Assembly: GCA_963744145.1 (NCBI GenBank)
Contig: CAVUSO010000001.1
Span: forward strand, 512,001-576,000
Direction: 5' to 3'
DNA from: an uncultured cyanobacterium
Lineage (GTDB): Bacteria; Cyanobacteriota; Cyanobacteriia; Cyanobacteriales; CAWUOF01
DNA length: 64,000 nucleotides
Of this stretch, positions 46,092 through 54,628 are shown piece by piece. The stretch's first letter is position 1. Each line of letters begins with the position of its first letter. The position numbers and the translations under genes are program-made. The notes beneath the pieces were generated by a model, which had not been told where the DNA came from, ran no database searches, and worked only from the letters and a program-made list of their open reading frames with translations.

Positions 46092-48203
46092 ATGGTTACC
46101 TCAAAGGAATCTATGACCTCCACCTTATTTAAATTCCGCCTTCGCACTGCAATTGTTGTTCCCTTTGTCCTGCAAATTGTCGCTATAGTTGGGTTAGTTG
46201 GCTATCTCTCATTTCGGAACGGACAGGAGATAGTTAATCAACTTTCCAGGCAACTAAGGGTTGCAGTTGCTGCTCGCATAGAGCGGCTCATGGAAGGCTT
46301 CCTTGAAGCACCATACCAAATTACACAGAGTAATGTTAACGCATTGCGTCTTCATAAAATCAAGCTTCAAGATCAAGAGGCGACTGAACGATATTTGCTC
46401 TATCAGTTGAAAATTTTCCCAACAGTCGGTGACAATTTTGTAGGAACTCCGGATGGCTCAATTATCTACGTTGGAGTTAAACAGGATGGTACTTTCATTG
46501 CCGATTCAACTGGTCGTTTTCCCCAACGAGAACGCTACGAACTAGACCAACAAGGTAAAAGAGGCAAGCTTTTGAAAGTTACTACTTTTGATTCCCGCGT
46601 TCGTCCGTGGTATAAAGCAACATTGGCAAAGCGAGGACAAGCCTGGTCAAGTGTTTTTAAGGCTCTGGGAACAGATAATATTGGTTTTGGGGCATCACAG
46701 CCATACTATGACGAGCAGGGTAACCTCGTTGCTATTTTTTCTACCAACCTGAAGCTCAAGCAAATATCTGACTTTTTGGAAACTATCAACATTAGTCCGA
46801 CCGGACAGGTTTATATCATGGATCAAGGGGGTTTAATGTTGGCTACTTCAACTGGAGAGAATCCTTTTATAGTAGATCAGGATAACAATTTGCAGCGGCT
46901 CAAAACCGTTGATAGTCAAAATCTTTTGACCAGTAAAACAGCTCAGTATTTGCAACAACAGTTTAGGGATCTAAGCCAAGTTAAGGATTTGCAAGAGCTA
47001 TCTTTTGATATTGATGGCAAACGTCAATACGTGCTAGTGCAGCCTTATCATGACCCAAAAGGGTTGGATTTTCTGATTGTAGTAGTTGTACCAGAAGCAG
47101 ATTTTATGGAGCAAATTAATGCCAGTACCCGCACAACAATTTGGGTATGTTTACTAGCGTTAGGATTAGCGATCGCGATCGCAATTGTAACTGGTAACTT
47201 GATTGCTCGTCCGATTTTGGGAATTGCCCAAGCCTCAGAAAAGTTGGCAGAGGGAGATTTTGAACAGCGGGTTTCATCTAGTCAGATCATTGAAATTGAA
47301 AGGCTAGCAAACTCCTTTAATCTGATGGCAAAGCAACTCAAAAACTCTTTTGACAAAATCACTTCAGTAATTTTTCAGGCTGAACAAGTTGGAAAGCAAA
47401 TCAGCTCATCTACCAACCAAATTATTACTACCAACCAGCAAATAGAAGCTACCGCCATTCAGCAAGCTACTTCAACGAATGAAGTAAGAGCAACTGCCCA
47501 TCAAATTGCTGCTACTTCTGGACAATTAGTCAAGACGATGGAAAATATTGCTGCACAAGCTACAGTAACAGAATTGGCAGCTAGTCAGAGTCAAAAGAGC
47601 CTGATGGAAATGGCTGAAGCAATGAATCAGCTAGCAGAATCCACCAATTTGATCGCATCCCGGCTCGAGGTGATGAATGAAAAATCCAAGAACATTAATA
47701 ATGTGGTGCTTACCATTGCCAAAGTAGCAGATCAAACCAATTTAATTTCCCTCAATGCTACAATTGAAGCGGAAAAAGCAGGGGAATCTGGAGTGGGTTT
47801 TGCGGTTGTAGCTAGAGAAGTACGTCGAATGGCCGATAGTTCGGCTGATGCCTCTAGACAAATAGAAGATATTGTCAAAGATCTCCAATCCTCAGTTGCT
47901 GAGGGTGTAAGTGAAATGGATAAGTTTAGCAAACAAGTAAGTTACTACGTGGAACGAGTTAGTCGCATTAGCGGACAGATTGCTGAGGTAATTGAGCAAG
48001 TACAGAGTCTGACACCCCAATTTCAACAGATTAGTCATAGTATGGAAGGACAATTTCAAGGAGCGCAAAAAATTAGTTTGGCGATCGCTCAATTAAGTAA
48101 AGCTTCTGAGCAAACTGTAGCATCTTTACAAGAGACTAACCAGGCGCTACACCAATTGAATGATACTGCCCAAGAATTCCAAAGTGTGGTCAAAACCAAT
48201 TAG
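46092..48203 (+). CDS. Methyl-accepting chemotaxis protein (Cache-HAMP-MA)
   Basis: TM helix, Cache domain (FDSRVRPWY), TM helix, HAMP, then QTNLISLNATIEAEKAGESGVGFAVVAREVR. Confidence 0.93.
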   Translation: MVTSKESMTSTLFKFRLRTAIVVPFVLQIVAIVGLVGYLSFRNGQEIVNQLSRQLRVAVAARIERLMEGFLEAPYQITQSNVNALRLHKIKLQDQEATERYLLYQLKIFPTVGDNFVGTPDGSIIYVGVKQDGTFIADSTGRFPQRERYELDQQGKRGKLLKVTTFDSRVRPWYKATLAKRGQAWSSVFKALGTDNIGFGASQPYYDEQGNLVAIFSTNLKLKQISDFLETINISPTGQVYIMDQGGLMLATSTGENPFIVDQDNNLQRLKTVDSQNLLTSKTAQYLQQQFRDLSQVKDLQELSFDIDGKRQYVLVQPYHDPKGLDFLIVVVVPEADFMEQINASTRTTIWVCLLALGLAIAIAIVTGNLIARPILGIAQASEKLAEGDFEQRVSSSQIIEIERLANSFNLMAKQLKNSFDKITSVIFQAEQVGKQISSSTNQIITTNQQIEATAIQQATSTNEVRATAHQIAATSGQLVKTMENIAAQATVTELAASQSQKSLMEMAEAMNQLAESTNLIASRLEVMNEKSKNINNVVLTIAKVADQTNLISLNATIEAEKAGESGVGFAVVAREVRRMADSSADASRQIEDIVKDLQSSVAEGVSEMDKFSKQVSYYVERVSRISGQIAEVIEQVQSLTPQFQQISHSMEGQFQGAQKISLAIAQLSKASEQTVASLQETNQALHQLNDTAQEFQSVVKTN

Positions 48204-48236
48204 TCAGACTTGTCTTAGTAGGCGATCGCGCATTAC

Positions 48237-48272
48237 CGCATTTTCGGAGCGATCGACTATTTTCAGATTAAC
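48237..48272 (+). repeat. Left copy of a 36-bp imperfect direct repeat flanking the TA cluster
   Basis: CGCATTTTCGGAGCGATCGACTATTTTCAGATTAAC matches 50834-50869 at 31/36 positions (manual alignment). Confidence 0.7.
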
Positions 48273-48351
48273 GAACTCGTATTTCCTGTAATATGTAATA
48301 TTGGATTATAGTATGATCATTTAACCTATATTCCTGTTTAGGTGGCGATTC

Positions 48352-48813
48352 ATGAATATTAAAACTACCTTGAATGAAATTACAGCACTCAGCATTAAAG
48401 ACAGAATTAGTCTGGTGCAAGCAATTTGGAATAGTATTGCTTTAGAGCAAGCTTACCCTGATTTTACAGAGGGTCAAAAGCGCCAGCCTGACCACCTGAT
48501 TGATGATGAGATAATCAAGATAACTTTACCAGAAACGGATGTAGAGATGCAACAATTCCCGATTCTGCTGGGACAGGGAGGAGAAATTATTATTCCCCAG
48601 TTATTACAAAATTCTCTCAAGATTAATCAGGGATCTATGCTAGTATTACTTCAGATCGGCAATCTGATTTTGCTGTCTCCTAAACAACCTCAAGCTCCCC
48701 AACTAATCGATCAGATTGCCACCATTATGGAAAAGGAAAATGTGGGTTTGGCTGATTTATTGGGAGGGTTAGAAACAGAGCGAGAGGTGATTTGGCAGGA
48801 GCAACAGTCTTGA
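48352..48813 (+). CDS. Chimeric antitoxin-like protein: addiction-module component N-terminus fused to an AbrB/MazE-like domain
   Basis: LSIKDRISLVQAIWNSI..PDFTEGQKR followed by LGQGGEIIIPQLLQNSLKINQGSML; TGATG-coupled to the PIN gene. Confidence 0.6.
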   Translation: MNIKTTLNEITALSIKDRISLVQAIWNSIALEQAYPDFTEGQKRQPDHLIDDEIIKITLPETDVEMQQFPILLGQGGEIIIPQLLQNSLKINQGSMLVLLQIGNLILLSPKQPQAPQLIDQIATIMEKENVGLADLLGGLETEREVIWQEQQS

Positions 48814-49259
48814 TGCGTAGAATATTTGCAGACTCTAGCGTGTTAATTGCTGGATGTGGATCGCGCACTGGAGCTAGTCGTGCTGTGCTAACAATGGCAG
48901 AAATTGGTCTTTTCAAGTTAGTGGTATCTGAGCAAGTCTTGGAGGAATGCGATCGCAATTTACGCAAAAAACTACCTGCGGCTCTGCCAATTTTTACTCA
49001 ATTAATAGCTATTATTAACCCCGAAATTCGACCAGATCCATCACTAGAAGAATCATCACAGTGGGCGGCTATTATTGAAGCTAAAGATACTCCAATTTTA
49101 GCGGCAACTGTTCGGGCAAATATTGACCGCTTTTTGAGCTTAAATACCAAAGATTTTACTGCCGAAGTTGCTATACAAAGCGGATTAATCATTCAAACTC
49201 CAGCAGAATTTGTTAGAGAAATTCGAGAGATTGTCGAAAAAGGTTTGCTGTCAATTTGA
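48813..49259 (+). CDS. PIN-domain toxin
   Basis: IFADSSVL, EECDRNL, KDTPILAA and LNTKDF PIN acidic motifs. Confidence 0.85.
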   Translation: MRRIFADSSVLIAGCGSRTGASRAVLTMAEIGLFKLVVSEQVLEECDRNLRKKLPAALPIFTQLIAIINPEIRPDPSLEESSQWAAIIEAKDTPILAATVRANIDRFLSLNTKDFTAEVAIQSGLIIQTPAEFVREIREIVEKGLLSI

Positions 49260-49455
49260 TAGGCTGATTAAAACCTAACGCTCTGTAGTTTCTTCCTACT
49301 CTCACAGACCATAAATTGCCAATCTGCTTGAAATGCAGTGATGGATGCTTCGGATTTGTCTTAAGAAACGCATAGTTTTTGTCAACAAATTCTTGAATTT
49401 CTCTGGGCAGTTGACGATAACTTTTCCAAAATTCAGGCGTTGTAAAATGTTTCAA
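49213..49455 (-). pseudogene. RelE/ParE-like toxin, probably C-terminally truncated
   Basis: KHFTTPEFWKSYRQLP...NPKHPSLHFKQIGNLWSVRVGRNYRALG, then runs out into the antisense of the PIN gene. Confidence 0.65.
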
Positions 49456-49649
49456 ATTTCCCGACACTTTCCTTGACTAAATGCTTGTTCTGCTTGTCGA
49501 ATTAATGGGTCAAATTTACCTGCTTTCAGATCCTTTTCAATTTGCTGATCCCAAAGGTTTTCTTGGAACTCCTCAAGCCATTCAAGAAACTCGGTGAGTT
49601 CATTTTGTGAAAGTTCTCTTACGGCTGTTTTAAGTTCTATAATGTTCAT
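49452..49649 (-). CDS. Cognate antitoxin-like protein of the RelE/ParE-like toxin
   Basis: MNIIELKTAVRELSQNELTEFLEWLEE...WDQQIEKDLKAGKFD; stop overlaps the toxin TTG start. Confidence 0.7.
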   Translation of the reverse strand: MNIIELKTAVRELSQNELTEFLEWLEEFQENLWDQQIEKDLKAGKFDPLIRQAEQAFSQGKCREI

Positions 49650-49791
49650 TTTTCTTGATATTCGTTTGCCTGTTGCGCTAATTTTGTCTTTGCGATCAAT
49701 CCTGACTGGTGAGCCGTTGGTAGAGTATTGGAATCGCATAATACTCAGTTTTGGTTGCTGTTAGCCAGATTCATCTGTATTTTACGTTTAA

Positions 49792-50232
49792 TTAAGTGGA
49801 TTTACTTAATGTCCAGTCCTCGATCGCCAAGCCCGGAACCTTGCTAAAGTCACTAATGTTACGAGTCAACAGCACTAAGTCCCGCGAAAGTGCGATCGCA
49901 GCGATCCGTAAATCCATCGTCGCAATGCGAACTCGTTGCGATCGTAACCCCTCGAATAATGTTGCAGCCCCAGTATCGAATGGCAAGATCGTTGCTGTCG
50001 AGAAACCCTGAATGATTTCTCTTAAAAGGGTATATCCGCGAACTGTATCAGCAGGTGTTTGGGAGCGAGTAATAAAGGTATGAGCACCCATTACTTGCTC
50101 GTGAAAGCTGACGATGGAAAAGGCAAAATTCGTAGGTTGATGTTGAGCAATACGAGTAGCTAATATGGTAAACTCCCGCAGCGATCGCTGTTGGAGAAAA
50201 CTGATGTGGTCAGTATCGAGCAAATATTTCAC
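49792..50232 (-). CDS. VapC/PIN toxin
   Basis: YLLDTDHIS, SFHEQ, MDLRIAAIAL and LTRNISDF motifs. Confidence 0.9.
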   Translation of the reverse strand: MKYLLDTDHISFLQQRSLREFTILATRIAQHQPTNFAFSIVSFHEQVMGAHTFITRSQTPADTVRGYTLLREIIQGFSTATILPFDTGAATLFEGLRSQRVRIATMDLRIAAIALSRDLVLLTRNISDFSKVPGLAIEDWTLSKST

Positions 50233-50234
50233 AG

Positions 50235-50447
50235 CTACACCGACGCTTCATCGATAGGTTTGTCAGCATAGCGTAGTGATTTTCCGTATTCCAAAGCTTC
50301 AAGAAAAGCTTCCTGATCAGAGATTGAACCAATCACATTATCGAGCCAATTTTTGGCAGCAGGGGTGCTGTCAATTCGGAGTTTCAGGTCAGCGACGGTA
50401 TTTTCGATAGTTGCTAAACGTTGTTCGAGTGTTGTTTCATCTAACAT
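50235..50447 (-). CDS. Putative antitoxin for the downstream VapC
   Basis: 70 aa, 2 nt upstream of the toxin gene; LEQRLATIE...WLDNVIGSISD..AFLEALEYG. Confidence 0.7.
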   Translation of the reverse strand: MLDETTLEQRLATIENTVADLKLRIDSTPAAKNWLDNVIGSISDQEAFLEALEYGKSLRYADKPIDEASV

Positions 50448-50525
50448 GATTTTTGCCTAATGATATGTTTTGATGTTTGGAACTATTGCTTGGCTCATTG
50501 GTAGAGTATTGGCATCGCATAATGC

Positions 50526-50741
50526 TCAGTTTTTGTTACTGTTAGCTAGATTCATTGCCTCCATCAAAGCTGTACCAGCACCAAAAGTCTCGTAGGGGGT
50601 TGGTAAGTAGTAAATCTGGTAAGGTTCTAAAGGAAAAATATCCTCACCAATCTCCTCTTCAGCAATTAGAATGCGGATTAACTCTCGTTTATCGATCGCA
50701 GACAGTTGTCTAATGGTAGGGAGTAATTCTGTTAGGGTCAT
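50526..50741 (-). CDS. Small antitoxin-like hypothetical protein
   Basis: MTLTELLPTIRQLSAIDKRELIRIL...PTPYETFGAGTALM. Confidence 0.6.
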   Translation of the reverse strand: MTLTELLPTIRQLSAIDKRELIRILIAEEEIGEDIFPLEPYQIYYLPTPYETFGAGTALMEAMNLANSNKN

Positions 50742-50833
50742 CGGTTGTTTTCCTAGGATGTGTCTATCTTAAATATATCAGGTCAACTTAGTAATTGCAA
50801 CTTCTATGGAAATTTCACCAGTATCAATGCGAT

Positions 50834-50869
50834 CGCATTTTAGTAGCGATCGGTTATTTCCAGATTAAC
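50834..50869 (+). repeat. Right copy of the 36-bp imperfect direct repeat flanking the TA cluster
   Basis: CGCATTTTAGTAGCGATCGGTTATTTCCAGATTAAC; compare 48237-48272. Confidence 0.7.
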
Positions 50870-51082
50870 AACTATCCTCTGTCCTATCTGGATGTCAACT
50901 CCTGAAGCGATCGCTCTGGGAAAAAACTGATGTGGTCATTGTATAAAGCTCCTGGTAAATCTCTGTACAAAGTTGCGTGAATTATACGCTCATTTGATGG
51001 TTATCAATAGGTTTTATAAAAATATTGTATAAACCGTATAAACGCTAGAATAACGCAATATCAATACTTTCACGCCGCACCG

Positions 51083-51179
51083 TAGAATTTTACACGCTCA
51101 CCTATAGAATTTTACACGCTCACCTATAGAATTTTACACGCTCACCTATAGAATTTTACACGCTCACCTATAGAATTTT
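51083..51179 (+). repeat. 22-bp perfect tandem repeat, 4 copies plus a partial copy (TAGAATTTTACACGCTCACCTA)
   Basis: Units start at 51083, 51105, 51127 and 51149, partial at 51171; no spacers. Confidence 0.95.
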
Positions 51180-51251
51180 CTATATTTTATTTTTTGGTAG
51201 TATATAAAATATTCAGGGAGTTAGTCAATCTATTTGAGATCCCAACAACAA

Positions 51252-51376
51252 TAGACAAGAAAGCAAAAATAAATAGGACAGGCAAGATGCCCGTCCCACA
51301 AAAGTTATTTTTCTGGTGGGACAGGCATCTTGCCTGTCAATAAATTGATCAATAAGGACTTTTGCTTTCTTGTCTA
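51252..51376. repeat. REP/MITE-like element, same family as 38517-38640
   Basis: TAGACAAGAAAGCAAAA...TTTTGCTTTCTTGTCTA ends with internal GACAGGCAAGATGCC palindrome. Confidence 0.8.
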
Positions 51377-51490
51377 ATCAAGATCGATTAGACAATCGGG
51401 TAAACCCATATTTCTCGAATAGCTCTAAAGCCTTGACATTTTTATGACCATAATTCACAATTAATCTTATGAGTCTAAGAGTTTAGTCAG

Positions 51491-54070
51491 ATGGCAGAAG
51501 ATTTCAATATCGATACCCTGGTACAGCAAGGACATAACCAATTGGATCGGGGACAGAATCAAGCAGCCCTAGAAACTTTTCAGCAAGCTCATCTCCTAGA
51601 CTCACAAAACCCCCAGGTATTATATGGGTTAGGTTTAACTTACTATCGATTAAAAGAATATCAAGCAGCGATTAATCATCTAAATAGAGCTTTGGAAATT
51701 AAGCCAACCTATATATTAACGCTGACAAGACGCGGATTGGCTTATCAAGCATTAAAGCAGGAGCAGAGTGCAACAATAGATTTTGAAAAAGCTATTTCTA
51801 TTGAACCACAAAATGATGAAGATTGGCGAGGGCGAGGAATTGCGTTAGATGAATTAAAAAGATATGAAGAGGCGATCGCCTCCTACGACCGAACGCTGCA
51901 ACTTAATCCCAATAACGACTATGCTTGGAATGGTCGGGGTAATTCCCTTGATCACTTAGGAAAATATGAAGAGGCAATCGACTCCTACGACCGAGCGCTG
52001 GCAATTAATCCCAATAACGACGTTTATTGGAATAATCGGGGTATTTCCCTTGCTCACTTAAGAAAATATGAAGAGGCAATCATTTGCTTTGACCGAGCGC
52101 TACAACTTAATCCCAATGACGACGATTGTTGGAATAATTGGGTTATTGTCCTTAAGAAATTAGGGAATTACAAAGCTGCCATAATAAAGTTTGATGATGC
52201 GATCGAACGACTGAAGCAAAAGCTGCCTGATTATCAGCAAGCTTACGGTAAGTTATATTGGAGAAAAGGTAATTTCCAATATGACTATGGAAAAAGACTG
52301 ATTGATTCTAATACTAATATAGAATTAAATGTTCGAGCGCCAAGTATTGGTAATGAGCGAAATACTCAATCTTCTCAAACAAATCAGTTAGATCCTTTTC
52401 CTCATTGGTTAGAAGCAAGAACAAGCTATGAAAATGCTCTTAATCTTCTGACGTTTGCTCAGTTTCCCCAACAATATTTAGAAGTATTGCAAGATTTGAT
52501 GAAACTTTGCGCTTATTTAGGTGATAATAGCACTCTTGAAAAAGAATTAGAAAAAGGTACTCAAAGCTTAGAAAAATTGCTCCGTCAGTGTGACAATGAA
52601 TATCAAAAAATTGCTTTAGCCCGCAAGTTTCCTGTTTTCGATCAATTACGAGTAGATATTCTCACTCAGTCTGAAGATGAACAAAAGAAAATTAAAGCTT
52701 TAGAGTTAGCAGAGAAACGGAAAAATATATGTCTAAGTTGGATGTGGAAAGGTTGGAATTTTCCTAGCCCTAATTATCAGAAAATCCAAGAGTTGCTCAA
52801 TCCTAAAACAGCAATTATATACTGGCACGTTAGTCCTAATGCGATCGCTACTTTTATTCTCCGCTACAAGCAACCTCTGATTATTCAAACCCTTAAACCG
52901 ATTACTCAGAAAAAATATTTGGGATTAATTTCTCAATCTATTATCCCAGAACAATCTGCTTATCTTGCAGCGATCGAGCAGTTAGAAAAATTTGAAACTT
53001 GGCTGAAAAACTGGAAAGAAGATTATCAAAGCTATAGTCAAGCATCGACCGAAAAAGAAAATCATCCTTGGCGCAATAAGATGAAATCTCGCTTAGATGA
53101 ACTAGCAATAATCTTGAATATTAAGAAAATTATAGCAAATCTAACAGACATTACTCATTTAATTTTAATTCCTCACCGTGATTTACACTTGTTACCACTA
53201 CATTATTTATTCAATCATTATGATCAAAAAGATCCAGAACAGGAAGCTAGATTTACCATCACCTATCTACCTAGCGCTCTGCTCGGACTTAACTTACAAA
53301 CTCCTCAATCTGTTAATTTGCTCGTCAATGTAGATAATCCTGATCACTATTTGCATTTTGTGAGAATTACAGCGATCGCTATTTCTTGGTTATATCGCGA
53401 TCGACAACAACTTGCTTTTGAGCCGATGACTAAAGATGGACTGATCCAAACATTGCAAAATAATAGATGTACTTTTCACTTTAATGGACACGCTTATCAC
53501 GATAATGAAGACCCGACAAAATCAGCATTAATTCTGGCAAAAAATCAAGAGTTAACTTTAGCTGATATTTTCAATAATTTAGATTTTACTAATCAAGATT
53601 TAGTCTGTCTTTCTGCTTGCGAAACTGGAATTACTAGCCCAAATAATAACATTGATGAATATATTGGTTTAGTTAGTGGATTTCTAGCTAAAGGTGCTAA
53701 TTATGTGATTAGTACCCTTTGGGTAGTGAACGAATTTTCTACTACTTTACTAATCATTAAGTTTTATGAATTATTCAAAACTGGTGAAATTCCTGCTGTA
53801 GCACTGAAAAAATCTCAACATTGGTTACGTCAGCTTACTAATAGAGAATTAGCTGAATGGGCTGAAAATCTAGCCCAGGAATTAGCTAAATGGGATCTCA
53901 ATCTAGCTAAACAACAGGTACGGGGAATCCGTCACGGTATTGAATATCTAAAAACTCTTGCCCAGGTCATTAAAAATGATACAATTACAATGGGAGTTAA
54001 TGAGTGTCCCTTTGAGCATCCCTATCATTGGGCAGGTTTTATTCTGACTGGTAAATACTCGAAAAGTTAA
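51491..54070 (+). CDS. TPR-repeat CHAT (caspase-like) protease
   Basis: N-terminal TPRs; CHAT motifs LIPHRDLHLLPLH, FHFNGHA (His), LSACETG (Cys), STLWVV and PYHWAGF. Confidence 0.92.
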   Translation: MAEDFNIDTLVQQGHNQLDRGQNQAALETFQQAHLLDSQNPQVLYGLGLTYYRLKEYQAAINHLNRALEIKPTYILTLTRRGLAYQALKQEQSATIDFEKAISIEPQNDEDWRGRGIALDELKRYEEAIASYDRTLQLNPNNDYAWNGRGNSLDHLGKYEEAIDSYDRALAINPNNDVYWNNRGISLAHLRKYEEAIICFDRALQLNPNDDDCWNNWVIVLKKLGNYKAAIIKFDDAIERLKQKLPDYQQAYGKLYWRKGNFQYDYGKRLIDSNTNIELNVRAPSIGNERNTQSSQTNQLDPFPHWLEARTSYENALNLLTFAQFPQQYLEVLQDLMKLCAYLGDNSTLEKELEKGTQSLEKLLRQCDNEYQKIALARKFPVFDQLRVDILTQSEDEQKKIKALELAEKRKNICLSWMWKGWNFPSPNYQKIQELLNPKTAIIYWHVSPNAIATFILRYKQPLIIQTLKPITQKKYLGLISQSIIPEQSAYLAAIEQLEKFETWLKNWKEDYQSYSQASTEKENHPWRNKMKSRLDELAIILNIKKIIANLTDITHLILIPHRDLHLLPLHYLFNHYDQKDPEQEARFTITYLPSALLGLNLQTPQSVNLLVNVDNPDHYLHFVRITAIAISWLYRDRQQLAFEPMTKDGLIQTLQNNRCTFHFNGHAYHDNEDPTKSALILAKNQELTLADIFNNLDFTNQDLVCLSACETGITSPNNNIDEYIGLVSGFLAKGANYVISTLWVVNEFSTTLLIIKFYELFKTGEIPAVALKKSQHWLRQLTNRELAEWAENLAQELAKWDLNLAKQQVRGIRHGIEYLKTLAQVIKNDTITMGVNECPFEHPYHWAGFILTGKYSKS

Positions 54071-54078
54071 CTATGAAC

Positions 54079-54210
54079 CAATACGGTTCAGTTAAGGATG
54101 TTTTTGGGGATCTGGGCAGAAGAAGGGTGAAGCATTCGGGTATAATGTTACTGGTTTGATCATTCAATTATCGCCCGAATGCTTCACCCCTACACTTAAC
54201 TGAACTATTG
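54079..54210 (+). mobile_element. MITE of about 132 bp with terminal inverted repeats and a 9-10 bp target-site duplication
   Basis: CAATACGGTTCAGTTAAG...CTTAACTGAACTATTG flanked by AACTATGAA(C) at 54069 and AACTATGAA(T) at 54211. Confidence 0.85.
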
Positions 54211-54214
54211 AACT

Positions 54215-54628
54215 ATGAATTACAATCTTGGACCTTTAGAATTTGTCACAGTTTGGGCTTTTTTAGCAGCTTTAGCTAAAATAGATCAACCTTTACCACC
54301 CGAGTTACAACAAGAAATTAACCAAGTTGGCAAAGTTTTTACTACTGATCCTGGAAGAGCGATCGAGCAACTGTTAGATTTAGGTAAAAATCCTGTTCTG
54401 AAAGAATTTTATGATGCTGCACGTCTGGATATTCAAACTCAGTATGAAACTCAAGAATGTCGTGAAACCGAAGAGAATGAAGATATTTCAATCCTGCTCA
54501 AAAATGTAGTAATTTTAGAAACACTATCCACAGTTCTGGATGCTCCAGTTTCACAACAAGAAGCGAAACATCAATATCCAGACTTTATTAATCGAGTAAA
54601 TTCTTTGTTTAAGCGCAAACATAAATGA
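54215..54628 (+). CDS. Small helical hypothetical protein (second gene of the CHAT operon)
   Basis: 137-aa ORF with AFLAALAKIDQPLPPELQQEINQVG; ends immediately before the next gene's ATG. Confidence 0.75.
   Translation: MNYNLGPLEFVTVWAFLAALAKIDQPLPPELQQEINQVGKVFTTDPGRAIEQLLDLGKNPVLKEFYDAARLDIQTQYETQECRETEENEDISILLKNVVILETLSTVLDAPVSQQEAKHQYPDFINRVNSLFKRKHK

Noticed and set aside
49650..49739. N-terminal 30 aa of ORF 49452-49739 as part of the antitoxin
   Set aside because: Derives from the truncated MRFQYST gene fragment; the antitoxin more likely starts at ATG 49649
51083..51179. CRISPR array
   Set aside because: Repeats are directly adjacent with no unique spacers, and there are no cas genes in the window
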